Part shown: one piece after another, positions 62,661-64,000 of the stretch
Numbering within the stretch: position 1 is the first letter of the stretch
Layout of the letters: the number at the start of each line of letters is the position of its first letter
Origin: Lama guanicoe
Taxonomy: Eukaryota
DNA length: 64,000 nt
Assembly: GCA_013239625.1 (NCBI GenBank)
Contig: MU054391.1
Location: 2,695,130 to 2,759,129, forward strand
Direction: 5' to 3'
Translations under genes and position numbers: made by a program
Notes under the pieces: model-generated
What the model saw: the letters and a program-made list of their open reading frames with translations, nothing else
Databases searched by the model: none
Told to the model about the DNA's origin: nothing

Positions 62661-64000
62661 CATTTTAATTCTTACCGTCTTACTCTAAATCACTCAAAAG
62701 AAAATGTAATTCAGTTTTACCAGAAATACAGTCATGACTGTGTTATCCTGAAGCCTCCCTTCTGCCTAATGTGGGAGAGTGTTGGTGCCAGGAAGAGTGA
62801 CAGGATGGGGTGTCAGTAGACGAGGATCTGGCTCCGGCTCAGCCATCACCACGATCAGACACGAGATGACAAGGCTCTCCCAGGCATTGCTCTCACCTGG
62901 AAAGTGTGTTGGCATCATCGACCTAAAAGGTTGTCACGTGACTAGATGAGGCAGGTCATGAGAACGGTGCACAAGAAGGACTTGTGAGTGTCCAAAGTGA
63001 ATCTGAATCTCAATCAATTTTCTGAAAGAAGAGAAAGATGTGTTGCCCTCGTTCCTTACCACCATGATTAGAAGGACCTCTAGCCGGAAACCACCCCGGG
63101 CACCATCACCGCCCGTGGACCATGCTGTCTTGGACCCGTCAGGTTGGACCTTTGTAAACTTGGTGCGGCAGCAGCAGTTACGTCCACCCGAGTGTCACCG
63201 ACAAGGCGTGCGATTCCACGGAGCCCGGGGTGAAACTCGCAGGGGTCAGCCTCACTTCCGACTGAGTCAGGGCACCGCTGCCTCTTGGAGAAGGGTTGAA
63301 ACATGCTGCATGGGAGCTCCTTCTGGGGGGGAATGGTCACTTCTGGAATTCATGAAATTGGAGTCAGGGATGGCTGACCATAATTCACTTCTGGCTTACC
63401 CATCCGAAGAGCCCCATGCGGTTGGTCCCAGGGGTTTCCTCGCTTGCTGTGTCCCGTCACTGCAGTGTGCACTTCTCTCGGAGGCTGTCACCCGCAGCGC
63501 TCTGTCCAAGTGCTGGATTTGTGTCTTCTCCTTGCAGCCGGGTGCGCTCAGACCAGTGGAATGCTTTAAGCTTATCGTGTAAATAAATCAAATCGTTTCC
63601 TCACAGTAGGTGTCAAGGGCTGAGCGACTATGTGTCTGATTTACTGCAAATCCAGAGAGATCATTTGCATTTGCGGAAAAGCAGAGAATTCCTCTCCCCT
63701 GACCCACGGTAGAGTAGACGGAGCACTTCCTGGCGCCCGGTTTAATTCTCCCAGCAGCTCTCTCCTTTGTGTTTACCTGAATTCCTCGTTTCTTTCTAAG
63801 TTTTCCTGCTCAGAACAGGGTAGCTCAAAGCAATGCTGAACTAGAGGTTCTTATAAGCGCTCATTAAATAGCAGGACCGAGTACACAGGAGACCGTGGGG
63901 GTCACTTGGTACAACCTCCTTGTGTCCCAGGTGAAACGTCCAGCTGGATAAGCGGTCTTTTCTCAGATCACAAAGCCGGCTGGCGGTCAGCTCTCCCGAT

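Overview
Mammalian nuclear DNA, most likely camelid (alpaca, llama or camel). The assignment rests on a tRNA-derived Vic-1-type SINE and on artiodactyl/camelid-type L1 3' ends. I recognise no protein-coding gene, tRNA, rRNA or CRISPR array. The only ORFs with recognisable homology are decayed LINE-1 ORF2 pieces; the rest look like chance ORFs in GC-rich DNA. The window appears intergenic or intronic. It contains a large old L1 (about 27.6-32.2 kb), younger 5'-truncated L1s, L2/MIR/CR1 relics, hAT and Tc2 MITEs, LTR relics, microsatellites, one assembly gap and several CpG-rich patches. The best-supported observations are two independent 5'-inverted (twin-primed) L1 insertions with target-site duplications (TSDs), a strong A/T-to-G/C substitution bias in some L1 copies (consistent with GC-biased gene conversion), and a perfect 61-bp tandem duplication. 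There are also several candidate enhancer/promoter modules and orphan exon-like segments. I found no convincing novel biological system. Repeat subfamily names come from remembered consensus sequences and need RepeatMasker/Dfam confirmation; boundaries of old repeats are approximate.
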